Part shown: piece after piece, positions 27,634 to 61,859 of the stretch | How positions within the stretch are numbered: the first letter of the stretch is position 1 | Layout of the letters: every line of letters begins with the position of its first letter | DNA from: Paragordius varius | Taxonomy: Eukaryota; Animalia; Nematomorpha | DNA length: 64,000 nt | NCBI GenBank assembly: GCA_964247055.1 | Contig: OZ176058.1 | Coordinates: 4,340,001 to 4,404,000 of the forward strand | Reading direction: 5' to 3' | Translations under genes and position numbers: made by a program | Notes under the pieces: model-generated | Database searches by the model: none | What the model was told of the DNA's origin: nothing | Seen by the model: the letters and a program-made list of their open reading frames with translations, nothing else

Positions 27634-29232
27634 TAACACAAACATATTATGTATTTTACAATTGTAATTAAATAATTTTCGTCTGATAAATTAGAGTTTA
27701 AAAAAAAACAGGGTTTTTATCAAAAAATTTTGTTTTTTTATTTTTACTTTTTGTCCGTGTAAAATTTCATTTTATACTGTAAATTTTTTATATGAATCCC
27801 TAATCTCAAAATGTTTTAATATATAACAACAAAAACCAATTTATAATTGTTATGAGTTAAGAGATTTTAACGCGCTCTTTTAAAAATTTATGGAGGATTT
27901 TTAAATATTTTGCACAATCTAAAAAATCTAATACTTTTTCAATTGCATTTATAATTAATCTATACTGATTTTACCTAGTAAAAGTTGAATTTAAGAGACA
28001 ATACATTAAAAAATATATATTTTATGCTTAGACAGATAACGATATATTGTTAAATTTAATATTTATTTAATAGTTAATCGTTCAGTAAATATTGAAATTA
28101 TACGGATAACGTACAAATATAAAGACCAATATTCTTTTCTAAAATAAAACCATACTTTTCAAACCTTTGTTTTTCCTCTATAAGGTATTATTTAATTACC
28201 ATTGTTAAATATAAAAATGATTGTTTTAGTAATATATCTCTGTTTCACACTTTGTAACATTAATTAACAAGTTATAAAAATAAAACAAGTTTAGAACGTA
28301 TGGTTGTCTTTTAAATATTTGTTTTTATATTTTTACGTTTTGTCCGTTCAATTTTTACTGTAAATTGCGAAACTGCGATGAATTGGTATACAATCAATTA
28401 TACATAAGTTATTCCTTTATATTTATGGAAAAATCCTAAAACAAAATCTTTGTCCGTAGAATTTCAAATTTTGTAATTTTTGATTTAAATTTAACATCTA
28501 TTTCGACTTTAGTTTTTATAGAAATAAACTATTTTTTCGATAATCTCATATAAAAATACAAAATTTATACTTTATTTATATTACAGTAAAAATTGGAATT
28601 ATACGGACAAAAGTGAAAATATAAAGTCAAATATTTTTCTCTAAAAGATAAACATACTTTTTAAATCTTGATTTAATAACTCATTCTAATGGCAAAGTGT
28701 GAAATAGACATATAAATCTAACAAAATCATTTTGTATATTTTATATTTTATTAACTAAATAGCTTATATAGAAAGGCTTAAGGTTTAAAAATTATGGCTG
28801 TCTTTAAAAAAATATTTGTGCTTATATTTTTACGTTTTGTCCGTATATTTTCAGTTTTACTGTCTACATAGATTTAGACAAAATTAGAGTTTTAAAAACT
28901 ATGGTTGTACTAAAAAAATTTTGTCCGTATAATTTTAAAATTTACTGTGCTTTTTTTGATTTCAAAAAAAAACTTTCTATATCTATTTCAACTTTAGCTT
29001 TTAAAGAAATAAGCATTTTCTTAAATAATCTCAGAAAAAATTTCAAAATTTATTTTATGTTTATCAGAAAATGGACACTCAAAACCAATTGGCAATTTCA
29101 AAGGCTGATTTCTTCCAGTTCTGTAAAACGCAGGTTTTTTTTTCTTTTTAATAATAAATGTTTATATATATTATTAATTTTTTTTTTTCATTCTAGAGAA
29201 CGGATGTAATGAAGTCTCTGGGAATATTATAA
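27236..29232 (+). pseudogene. KCNIP: 5'-truncated KChIP-like copy C (exons 6-8 only); possibly a 91-aa C-lobe-only gene
   Basis: 27236-27409, 29068-29133 and 29197-29232 are in phase with intact donors and acceptors. The exon-6 acceptor (aaccag) is lost and exons 1-5 are absent. Supplied ORF 27236..27433. Confidence 0.8.
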
Positions 29233-31121
29233 TAAATTGATATTAAAAATAATTTATGATAAATTAGATTGATAATAAAATATGTTTATGTTAATTTATT
29301 TGATAAAATAATTATATTACTTTTTATATATTTGTCAAGATAATTATAGGTTATTTTATTGAAAAAGAATATTTTTTAATCAATATATTTTATATTTTTA
29401 AAAATATTGGTGGCCTAATTTGACTTTTTAAATTCAAATAGAGAAAAAAATAATGTAAAATAAAACTATTTTTATTTGGGAAATTATACCGACATTTATT
29501 AAAAATTAAAATTATACTACAAACAGTTAAAATATTCCAAAAAATCAACAATCTTTAAAAACTTAATTTATTTTATAAAAATCATTTTATTACAATATAA
29601 TTGATTGTTACAAATATATATCTCTATTTTATAATTTACACTTTGAAACAATCAATATTTGCGTTTTAGAAAAAAAATTGTTAATTTTTACGTTTTGTCC
29701 GTATAATTTTAATTTTTTGGGGATTTATAAATGTTAGGGTATCTATTTATGTTGGATATTTTATACCATTTAAGTAAATTGATAAAATTTAGAAATAAAC
29801 AAGTCTAAATAACAACCAGGCATTAGTTATATAAATAAAGATATAATTATAATTTGAATATTTTATGGAAAAAAAATAAAGTTATTTCCTAACCTTATAA
29901 AAACGTAAATTTCCGATGTAAATTTTATAGTTTTTTTAAATAATATCTTATATTTATAGTTCGAAAAAATATCCTAAAGTATACATATTCACAACATCTC
30001 TAAAAGCGCCTTTAGATTTGAGGCTAATTTAAAAAACTATATCAACTTTTAAGATATTCCCTGAGTATTTAAAACCGCAATGCGCTAAAATTATTTTTGC
30101 AAATGATTTTAAATTTATTATATCCAACATACAAGTAAAAATTGAATATATACGGGCAAAAGGTAAAAATATAAGGACAAATATTTTTTTCTAAAAGACG
30201 ACCATATTTTTGATATATTTAAATATTTTTTTATATAACAGATTTTTTTATACTGTATCAATTATATAATAGTAGAGATCTAAATTAAAACACAATCAAT
30301 TATATTTAATGCCCATATACAGTAAAAACTGAAATTATACGGATAAAACATAAAAATATGAAGACAAATATTTTTTTCTAAAAGACAACAATACTTTTAA
30401 ATCTTAATTTATTTAAACATTGTTTTAAATGACAAAGTCTGATATTATGATATATATAACTAACACAATAAATTCCATATACTACAATTGTAATTAAATA
30501 GATAATATGGGGAATATTAAGATTTAAAAAAGTATATGGTTGTCTTTTAATAAAAATATTTATCTTTATATTTTTACGTTTTGTCCGTATAATTTCAATT
30601 TTTACTGCATAAGTATATCAAATGCAGCACGCCATATTATTTGAGTAGTCCAAAATAAGGGTCTGTAAGCCATTTTGAACATTCCTGTTTTAAACTATGG
30701 ACACCCCTTTTCTATATAATCATATTTCTAAATATATTCTTTTAAGCGTTGCGTTTGCCAGAATTAAAAATGACAAAAGTGATAAAATATATTTGAAAAT
30801 GAGGGTTTTACAGACTAAACAAATGACTGCAAAGCCAAATTTTGAAAATAAAAAAACATACGTTTAAAAATCTCGATTTTCCAGCATAAAACAATTGATT
30901 TAATAATTACTATTTTAAATCAAAATATATTATTTAATTAACAATTACATCTATTTTCCCCATTTTTTGTAAACGCAAAAAAATGTATGTATGTGTTTTC
31001 TTACAGTTGAGTTCAACACGAGCTCTTTTGTAAATAAAATAATCCATATATTGCGCGATTCTTAGTTATTATACTTGAGTTCTGCAAAGGTTACATTAGT
31101 TTTTTGTCAAACAGTAGTATA

Positions 31122-31778
31122 CCATATACAAAAATACACACTGAATAATTCAAATTCACCCTTAAACAATTCAAATTCACCCTTGAACAATTCAAATTCA
31201 CCCTTAAACAATTCAAATTGACCCTTAAACAATTCAAATTCCCCCTTGAACAATTCAAATTCACCCTTAAACAATTCAAATTTACCCTTAAACTATTCAA
31301 ATTCACCCTTGAACAATTCAAATTCACCCTTGAACAACTCAAATTCACCCTTAAACAATTTAAATTCTCCCTTGAACAATTCAAATTCACCCTTGAACAC
31401 TAATTCAAATTCACCCTTAAACAAATCAAATTCACCCTATATACGTTTTTACATTAAAAATACCAGTATTTTTATATATTTTTAAAGAATTAAAATTTTG
31501 TTTTAAATTAAAATTATACTGAAAAATAATAAACACTATGCCAAAAAAATATATTTTCTTATTAATAATGAGTTATATTAGTTCGAAAACACATAATTTA
31601 TTTTTAGAGTGAATTTGAATTGTTCAAGGGTGAATTTAAATTGTTCGAGGGTGAATTTGAATTGTTTAAGGGTGAATTTGAATTGTTCAAGTGTGAATTT
31701 GAATTAAATTCAAGGGTGAATTTTAATTGTTAAAGGTGGAATTTGAATTGTTCAAGGGTGAATTTTAACACTAAATGG
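31122..31778. mobile_element. Foldback-like element (family B) with 21-bp tandem subterminal arms
   Basis: Left arm about 14 x TTCAAATTCACCCTT(G/A)AACAA (31150-31437); right arm about 7 x reverse complement (31606-31766); termini ta|CC...GG|t. It explains the repetitive ORFs at 31091-31485. Confidence 0.85.
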
Positions 31779-33146
31779 TGTATATTCACCCAAAAAAATT
31801 TAATTTGTCTTAAAAGCCGCGCACCCTATTATAGCGATAGAATTTTCATAACTGATTGACACATTTGTACATGTTATTACTACTTAAAGTTTATCATTTT
31901 TAATAAAAGTAAAACTCAGATACCCATATATACAGTAAAAACTGAAATTATACTATGGGAAAAATGTAAAAATATAAAGACAAATATTTGTTTCTAAAAA
32001 ACAACCAACCATACTTTTTAAAACCGTACTTTTTAATATATAAAATATTTAATTACAATCCTATATTACATATTGATAGTGTCACCAAATAAACATATTA
32101 AATTTTATACTTTACAATTTAAAACAATGAGTTATTTTTTAAAAATAATGTTTAAAAAAGTATGGATGTTTTTTTAAAAATATTTGTCTTTATATTTTTC
32201 GGTTTTGTCCGTATAATTTCAGTTTTTACTGTAAAAGCAGGGCCACAGTTTTCGATTTTCACTGTTTTAGAACAGTGATACAATGGACAAAATGTAAAAA
32301 TATAAAGACATAAATTACTTTCTAAAAGACAACCAACCATACTTATTAAATCTAGATTTATATCAATATTACTCATTGTTTTAAATGGCAAAGTGTGAAA
32401 TAGTGATATATAATACTAACATAATCATTTCTATATTTTATAATTGTAACTAAATAGCTTATATGAGAAACACTAAGGTTCAAAAAATTATGGTCACCTT
32501 TTTTTGAAAAAATATTTGTTTTTATATTATTACCTTTTATCCATATAATTTTAATTTTAATTGTACTATATATATATCAACAAATTTAGATGGTTCCTTG
32601 CAAAAATTTGGATTGCCTTATGCAGAAAATTTGTTTTAAGAATATATATCCTAATTAGATTTCAAAAAATTTAGTTTTCAAAATTTATTGCGGTGAGGCA
32701 CCCTGGATTATATGTATTTCTCTTAAAATCTCTTACATTCTTAAAAAAGATTTCAAAAATATACTTCTTATGTTCAAAGAAATATATATGAATATTGTTT
32801 TTCAAAATAAAAAACACTTACCATTCTATTAATTATAACGCTGATAAATCGGATAATTTTAAATTAAAATTTATAAAATATAGATATAGAAAGCTATGTA
32901 TTGTGCTCAAAATCAAATTATAATGTGTTTCTTAAATTAGCAATTTTCATTGTCAATATATATATTATAAAATTAATTGATCATTTTTCTTACAATAATT
33001 ATGTTGTAAAAAAATTTATTATATATTTCAGCCAACAAATGTCAGAAGAAGTAATGAGCCTTGAATTTTATAAAATCAATAACTAAATTTTTAAAATCAT
33101 AAAATAATTTTTATATTTTATATTTATTTAATATTTCCCAAAAATT

Positions 33147-36100
33147 ATGTCACACGTCATTACAAGATATGTTGAAAGTTTCCATAGAAAAACATCCAAT
33201 ACGCTATTTAGTAAAGGTTTATTTTTTATTTAAATTAAATTATATATACCTTACTTTAAAATTTATATAAATTTCATATATAATTGAAGTAAAAATTTAA
33301 AAACAATTAAAATCATTATAAAGACAAAATTTTTTTTAAAATACAACCATACCTTTGAAATCTTGATTTTTTTAAACTTATTGTTTTAAGCTCTAAAGTA
33401 TAAAATAAACATATATAGTGGTAACACACTCAATTATATATTTAATGATCGTTAATAAATTATTTTAATAGAATAAAATAAAGTCTTTAATAGTATAGTT
33501 GTCTTTTGAAAAAAAAATCTTTTATTTTTACATTTTGTCCATAGTATAATTTCAATTTTTAGTGTATAGTTGCTTTTTTGTTTTTCAATTATAAATTTAA
33601 TATTTACTGTATAGTTATAGAGTGCTTTAACAATTTTCGTTTTTTTTCTTTATTTAGTTTCAAACCCAAATAATAGGTTATATTAATCATATCAGCCTTT
33701 ATTACTTTTTATGTCTTGTCTGTATAATTTCATATTTATATTATATATATATATATATATATATTATAAAAGAGAACTAATTAAAAATAATTGGTTATTA
33801 AAAAATTTATACAAATTTAAAAAATACACATTTCCAAAATTAAAAATTTTTTGTTCTATATAATTATTTTTGCGTAAAAATATATGAGTTTTGCTTCCAT
33901 ATATTCTTACGGAGCTCAACAAATATATTCGGAAAAGTTTGATTTTAACAAAAAAAATAATTTTTATACCTGGCCAGATTCTCTAAAACAAGGTTAAATA
34001 AAATTTTTATATTATTTATTTATACGGACAAAACGTAAAAATATAATGACAAATTTTTTTAAAGACAACCTTACTTTTTTTTAACCTTGATTTATCCTAT
34101 AAAACCATTTAATACTAATCGTAAAATACATAATTGATTGTGTTTCCAATTTACCTTTCTATATTATACTTTGTAGTTTATAACAATGAATTATATTTGA
34201 AAAAATCAAGTTTAAAAATTATGGTAGTCTTTTTGAAAAAGATATTTGTCTTTATATTATCCTATTTGTCCGTAGAATTTCAATTTTTACTGTATTTGAT
34301 ATTTTTATTGTAAAGTTTATTATCATTATATACTAAAAATGTTTGTTTGTTCAAATATAAAAATTAAATAAAAATATGCCATTTATATATCTCATTTTTA
34401 AGAATTAATTTTTTAAAAAATATTTTTAGATAAGGAAGAAGACACAAATTTATTGACTCAATATTCCAGGAAACCTGAGCCAATCGAAGTTTTAGAAAAA
34501 AAAGTTAATTTTTCGCGCCGTGAAATTAAACAATTATATCAAAAATTTAAACAAGTAAATATTAAAATTAAGACTTTGAAGACAAAACGTAAAAATAAAA
34601 AGACAAATATAATTTTCTAAAACACAACCATACTTTTTTAATCTTGTTTTTTTTCATACATAAACCGTATATAGTGTAAAAACTGAAACTATATTGAATA
34701 ATATAAAGACAAATATTTTTTTAAAGACAACCATACTTTTTAAAACCTTAATTTTTGCTATATAAAATATTTAATTACCATCGTAAACTACTTAATTGAT
34801 TGTGCTATCAAATATTTCTATTTAATATTTTGCAGTTTGAAACAATCATTTATATTTAAAAAAGCCAGATTTAAAATATGGTTGTCTTAAAAATATTTAT
34901 CTTTATAATTTTACGTTTTGACAATTTCAATTTTTACTGTAAAAAATAATATTCATGTAAATAATGGAGTGTAAAAACAATTCATATTTCTTACTTATTT
35001 TGAACATAAAACGATAAGGAAAAAAAATAAACATTTTAAAAAATATAGTTGTCTGCTTGCAATTTGTTTTTTCGTTTTTACGTTTTGTCTGTCTAATTTT
35101 GATTATTATATCCTCCCTTTTAATATATATATCTCACGTTTTGGTTTAATTTTAATTTTTACTGGGTTTAGATTTAAAAATATTTTTATATTTTTTATAT
35201 TTCTAGAATTTTCCAAGTGGATTCATAGATCATGAAGGTTTTCGAACTCTTTTTGCCAATTTATTTGGTGATGGAAGTATAACATTAAATTTTTAACGTT
35301 GATATAATAATGTTGTTTTTAAAGTAATACAATTAAAACTGAAATTATACGGACAAAAAGTAAAAATATAAAGTTTTTCTCTAAGACTTATAAACCTTAA
35401 TTTTTGTGGTATAAAATATTTAATAATCGTAAACTAGAAAAGTGATTGTGTGTAACCAATATACATATCAATTTTATACTTTGTACTTTAAAACAATGAG
35501 TTATCTTTTAAAATGATGTTTTAAGTATGGTAATTGTCTTTTAGAATAAAGCATTTGTCCTTATATTTTTAGGTTTTGTCCCTATAATTTCAATTTTTTC
35601 TGTAATAAAATTTAAAAAAAATATGAATTATATTTCTCCTTGCTTTCATATATTTTAGGAATATAAAAAAAATTATAATATCTATGTTTCACCAATTTAA
35701 ATTCATTTTCTAAAATAAAATGGCTCTTTAATGTAATATAATGAATGTTTTTATATGTACAGGGTCTGAATATTATGCAAACCTAATTTTCTCAAGTATC
35801 GATACAGAAAACAAGGGTTATATAACTTTTCAAGTATAAAAATATTTGGCAGTTTTTTTAATTTTCTAAAATATTATATTGAAAACATAATATTTTGTGT
35901 GCCCTAAATTATATATTTAATGTATTTTATATGATTATTTTATAAGAGATTGGTACATTAGTGCAGTAAAAATTAAAATAATACCGCTAAATGGTAAAAA
36001 TATAAAGACAAATATTTATATCTAAACGACAATCATATTTTTAAAACCTTAATTTTTGCTATATAAAATATTTATATCAATAGTAATTGCTACCAATTTA

Positions 36101-39100
36101 CATTTTTATTCAATATTTTGCAGTTTAAATGTGTTTAAATCGAGATTAGTATGGGGTTGTCTTTTAGATAAAAATATTTGTCTTTATGTTTTTACGTTTT
36201 TTCCGTATATTTTTAGTTTTCCTATTAAATAGGTTATTAATTGAACTTCCTATATTCATATAATAATGATAAAAAACAAACCATTGATATTTAACCATAA
36301 AACAATAAATAAAATTTGAGCCTTTTTTACACAAAATAGACTTTTTCGATAAAAAATGTAGGGATGATGTTTTTCTTGTATAAAAATATAAACAGTAAAA
36401 ATTGAAATTATAGTATGGACAAAACGTGAAAATATAAAGAAAAATATTCTCTTCTAAAACACCACAAAGTATATTTTTCAAATTCAATTTATTTTAATAT
36501 TGTTTATTGTTTTTGGTTGCAAAATAGGGAATTGATATGTCAGTTGTTAATTCACTCATTATATCATTTCAAAGTGTAATCAAGTAGTTTTATGTAATAC
36601 TAAGGTTTTAAAAAGTAGGCTTGTCTTTAACAAAAAAATATTTGTCTTTATATTTTTACGTTTTGTCCATAGTATAATTTCAGTTTTTACTGTAAGTAGA
36701 CGGCCTATAAAAAGAAATTGACTCGAGCTAAAACTCCCCCCAAAAAAGATTTAAGAATTAATGCTTGATTTGTAATGCGAAAATGTTAGGCATACTTTGT
36801 CTCTTTTAATTCAAATTTCTATTTTTTTCCTAGAAATATATAAGCTTCATATCCCTCCTAAAACCAAAAAAACCCAAAAACAATGCTAATATACTTAATA
36901 ATTCACTTGAAGAAGGGAGAAATACACCTCAGCTTTCAAACAATAGTATATTTATTTATATTCTATAAAAAAAAATAAAATTGAAATTATACTGTGGACA
37001 AAACGTAAAAATATAAAGACAATTGTTTTTTTACAAAAAGACAACCATACCTTTTTAAACCTCATTTTTTAAAAGATAACTCGTCTTTTAAATTAAGTAT
37101 AAATTTGATATGTAAATTGTATTTAAATAGCTATGGGAAAAATAAGGTTAAAAAAGTATGGTTTTCTTTAAGAAAAAAAATATTTGTCTTTATAATTTAC
37201 ATTTTGTCCGTATAATTTTAATTTTTATTTTACATTTTGTTTGTATTACATAAATTATTGCTGAAAACTAACTTGCAGTGGCGAATAATAATAAATATTG
37301 TTACTTGCTATTTATAGAAATATTTTTTGAAAAATTTAAAGTAAAAACTAAAATTATACGAACAAAACATGAAAATATAAAGATAAATATTTTTTCTAAA
37401 AGACAACCGTATAATTTCAATTTTTACTGTATTTATACGTTTTGTCTGCATTGAAATTTAATTTTTTACTGAAAACTAACTTACTTGCTATTTATGTTAG
37501 GAATATATTTTCAAAAACTTTTATATTTCTATAATAAAAAAACTTTTAACCAGGTAAAGAAAAAAGTAAAAACGACACGATAGATGACATACTTGATTGG
37601 ATCTTTCGCCTTTATGATATAAATCGAGATGATTTCATAAGTCCAGAAGAAATGTTAGAAGTTAGTATAGCAATTTTTTATCTCCAAAACAAAATTATGA
37701 ATCCACCCGTCATTGAAAAGATAACTAATCATGTTTGCCACGTTTTTAGTGTGAGATACTTTTAATATAATTTGAAATTTACGCTCTTTTCATTAAAAAA
37801 TTATTTTTTTTCGAATTTTCATTAAAAAACTATCTTTTAAGGTTTAAAAGGAAAAAACTTATGATGTTCGCTACGTTTTTAATATAAAATATTCATTTTA
37901 AAATATAAAATAAGCCCACAATAATATTGTTTTTGAATTTTTCAAAACACTATCTTTTAAGGTTTAAAGTGTAGTAAAAATTAAAAAAAGAAATTAATCA
38001 TGTTTGCCATGTTTTTAGTGTAAGATATTTTTAATATTTTTTAAAATTACAGTCATGTATCCTTTATTTTATCAAATTTTTTTTGTTAAATGGGGGTATA
38101 AACATTTGGTAAAAAAAAATGGAAAAAAACAAGAGCTCTATGGTATTAACAAAAATATCTATTCATTAAAAAAGATATAAAAATTACCATAGAGCTCTTG
38201 TTTTTTTTTCATTCTTTACCAAATATTTATGCCCTCATTTAACGAAAAAAAATAAATCTTTGATAAAATAAAGGATACATGACTGTGTACAGACAAAACG
38301 TCTAAATATAAACCACAAATATTTATATCCCAAAAGACAACCATACTTTAATAAATCCAAATTTTTATTATAGTTTATTATTTAAAGTATGATATAGAGA
38401 TGTATATTTAACACAAATATATATATATATATATATATCACAGTTGTAATTAAATAATTTTAGTCGAATATATTAAGATTTAAAACGTATGGTTGTCTTT
38501 TAAATAAAATTGTTTTTATATTTTTACTTTTTGTCCATAGTATAATTTATATTGTTACTGTAAGTTAAACTGCGATGAGAGTAAATTGGTATGCAATCAA
38601 TTATATATAAGTTAATTTATATTTATTGAGAAATTTAGGGTTTAGAATTGTCCTAAAAAAAATCTTTGTCCGTATAATTTCAAATTTTACTGTACTTTTT
38701 GATATAAATGTCACTCAATTTCGACTTTAGTTTTTACAGATTAAGCTATTTATTCGATAATCTCATATAAAAATTACAAAATTTACACCTTATTTATATT
38801 ACAGTAAAAATTGGAATTATACGGACAAAATGTGAAAATATAAAGACAAATATTTTTTTCCAAAATATAAATACTTTTTAAATCCTGATTTAAAAATTCT
38901 ATCTTTTAAATGGAAAGGTGTGAATATATATTACTAACACAATCAATTTTTTATTTTACAATTGTAAGTAAATAGCTTATATAGAAAGGCTTAAGGTTTA
39001 AAAAATTATGGTTGTTTTTTTGATAAAAATATTTGTCTTTATATTATTACGTTTTGTCCGTATATTTACAGTTTTTACTGTCTAAATAGATTTATGGACA

Positions 39101-39463
39101 AAATTAGGGTTTTACAAAGTATGGTTGTTTTGAAAAACTTTGTCCGTATATTTTCAAATTCTTCTGTATTTATTGATTTGATTTTCAAAAAATAGTTTGT
39201 TATTTATTTCGACTTCAGCTTTTTATTAAAAAAATAAGCATTTTCTTAATTAATTTTATCTACACAAATTTTATACTTTAATTTATATATTATTTATCAG
39301 AAAATGGACACCAAAAACCAATTGGCAATTTCAAAGGCTGATTTCTTCCAGTTCTGTAAAACGCAGGTTTTTTTATTTAATATTTAATTTATAAAATATA
39401 AAAATTATTTTTATTTTTTTATTCTAGAGAATGGATGTAATGAAATCCCTGGGAATATTATAA
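33147..39463 (+). CDS. KCNIP: KChIP-like copy B, about 248 aa
   Basis: Exons 33147-33216 (or alternative 33884-33992), 34430-34554, 35207-35276, 35763-35833, 36834-36945, 37554-37750, 39301-39366, 39428-39463. The frame is open. Many differences from copy A are synonymous, and the indels are multiples of 3. Confidence 0.88.
38050..38285. mobile_element. MITE family C copy 3
   Basis: CAGTCATGTATCCTTTATTTTATC...GATAAAATAAAGGATACATGACTG. Confidence 0.88.
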
Positions 39464-40835
39464 AAATATTATATCAGTTCAAAAAAATCAAACCAACGTT
39501 AAATTTGATATGTGAAAACATTAAATAAATTTATTTTATTAGCTGATATAATTATATTAATTTTTATATACTATTAAAAAAAGTAATATTTTTCCACGTT
39601 TAAACAATCGTGCGCTAAAAATGACACTTAAAATTGAAATGTAATATAAGAAAATACTAATTTTAGTTGGGCAAATATACTGACAGTTATTTAATACAGT
39701 TAATATTATATTTATACGGACAAAACTTAAAATATAAGGACAAATATTTTTTTAAGAAAAATATTTTTTTAAAATCTTGGATTTCTAATGAAAAGGAAAA
39801 GAGATGTAAATACAGTAAAAATTGAAATTATACGGACAAAATGTAAAAATATATGATAATTTTTTTTTCAAATAACAATCATACTTTTTAAAACCAATTT
39901 CGCCTATAAAGACTATTTAATAATTTTTTAAAATATAAAATTGATTTTGTTACAAATATATATCTCTTAACACCTCATTTTGAACAATGATTTATAATTT
40001 CAAAATTTAATTTTTAGAAAAAAATATTCATCTTTATATTTTTAAGTTTTATCAGTATAATTTAATTTTTTTCGGGATTTATTAAAAATTCTATTAAGGT
40101 GTCAATTAATATGAAAATTTTAAAACATTTAAGCATATTGATAAATAGCGAAAAAACAAGTAATGCCAAGTAACTGTGAGGCGATTGTTTTATACATATA
40201 AATAGAATTAAGAGTAATTTTATTTAAATTTTCAATTTAATAAAAATAATTTGGAAATAAATTTCAAATTTTATTTAATTTTGCGAAAAATATACTATTA
40301 TAGTCTTTAAGAATTCATCCTAATGATGTTTTTAGTTTTGAGGCATACGAGTGTAAGAAAGTTATATCTATTTTCGCTCAACGTTAAAAATCGCAAATTT
40401 TTTAATCCTAAAAATTATTTTAAAAAAAACTAAAACTATAATTTCCAATAAATTAAGTATAAACCAAACAAAAAATATAGAACCCTTTTTATAGTGTATA
40501 AACAAAAAAAATTATAAAAAAGTATTTATTTTATATGAATAAATTTATTTTGAATAATATAATATTTTTTGCAAACAATCACGCATAGTAGACAAAAGAA
40601 TTACAATATAAAAGCCATTTTATATTTATTATCAACAAAAAACCCAAAACTACAATTTCCAATATATTAATTATATGAAAAAAAACTTAAAAAAAGAATT
40701 TATTATACATGTGTTTGATTATTAAATTTATTTGATTAGAAATTTTTGCAACAATCACTCATAGTAGATAAGAATTACAATATAAAAGCCATTATATATT
40801 TAAAAATTATTTTTTTTTCAAATGAAAATATTTGT

Positions 40836-61708
<20,873 letters not shown>

Positions 61709-61859
61709 CTTAAAAAGTTTTGTTTTAAAAGTTTTGAAAAGTTATTTCAAAAAAGTATTTTAAAAGTTTTAAGAAAGTGTTAAAAAAAATTTAAAAAGTA
61801 TTTCAAAAGTTTTTGATAGCTATATTTTAATTAAAAATGGGGTTTAGTTAAATAAAATG

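Larger units (their letters stand above)
2617..40070. mobile_element. MITE family A (about 270-300 bp, Tc1/mariner-type), roughly 40 dispersed copies in this interval
   Basis: Long TIRs CAGTAAAAATTGAAATTATACGGACAAAACGTAAAAATATAAAGACAAATATTTTTTTCTAAAAGACAACCATACTTTT ... reverse complement ending TTTTACTG, flanked by TA. Clear copies: 2617-2908, 5406-5707, 16727-16940, 17147-17437, 24572-24837, 26487-26782, 28584-28862, 30320-30607, 31933-32231, 36393-36692, 38802-39080. No transposase ORF in the window. Confidence 0.9.

Noticed and set aside
28901-29209. 102-aa ORF
   Set aside because: It crosses KChIP copy C exon 7 out of frame plus intron and MITE sequence.
31091-31485. Three overlapping ORFs with 7-residue periodicity
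   Set aside because: They are translations of the stop-free 21-bp arm repeat of the foldback-like element.
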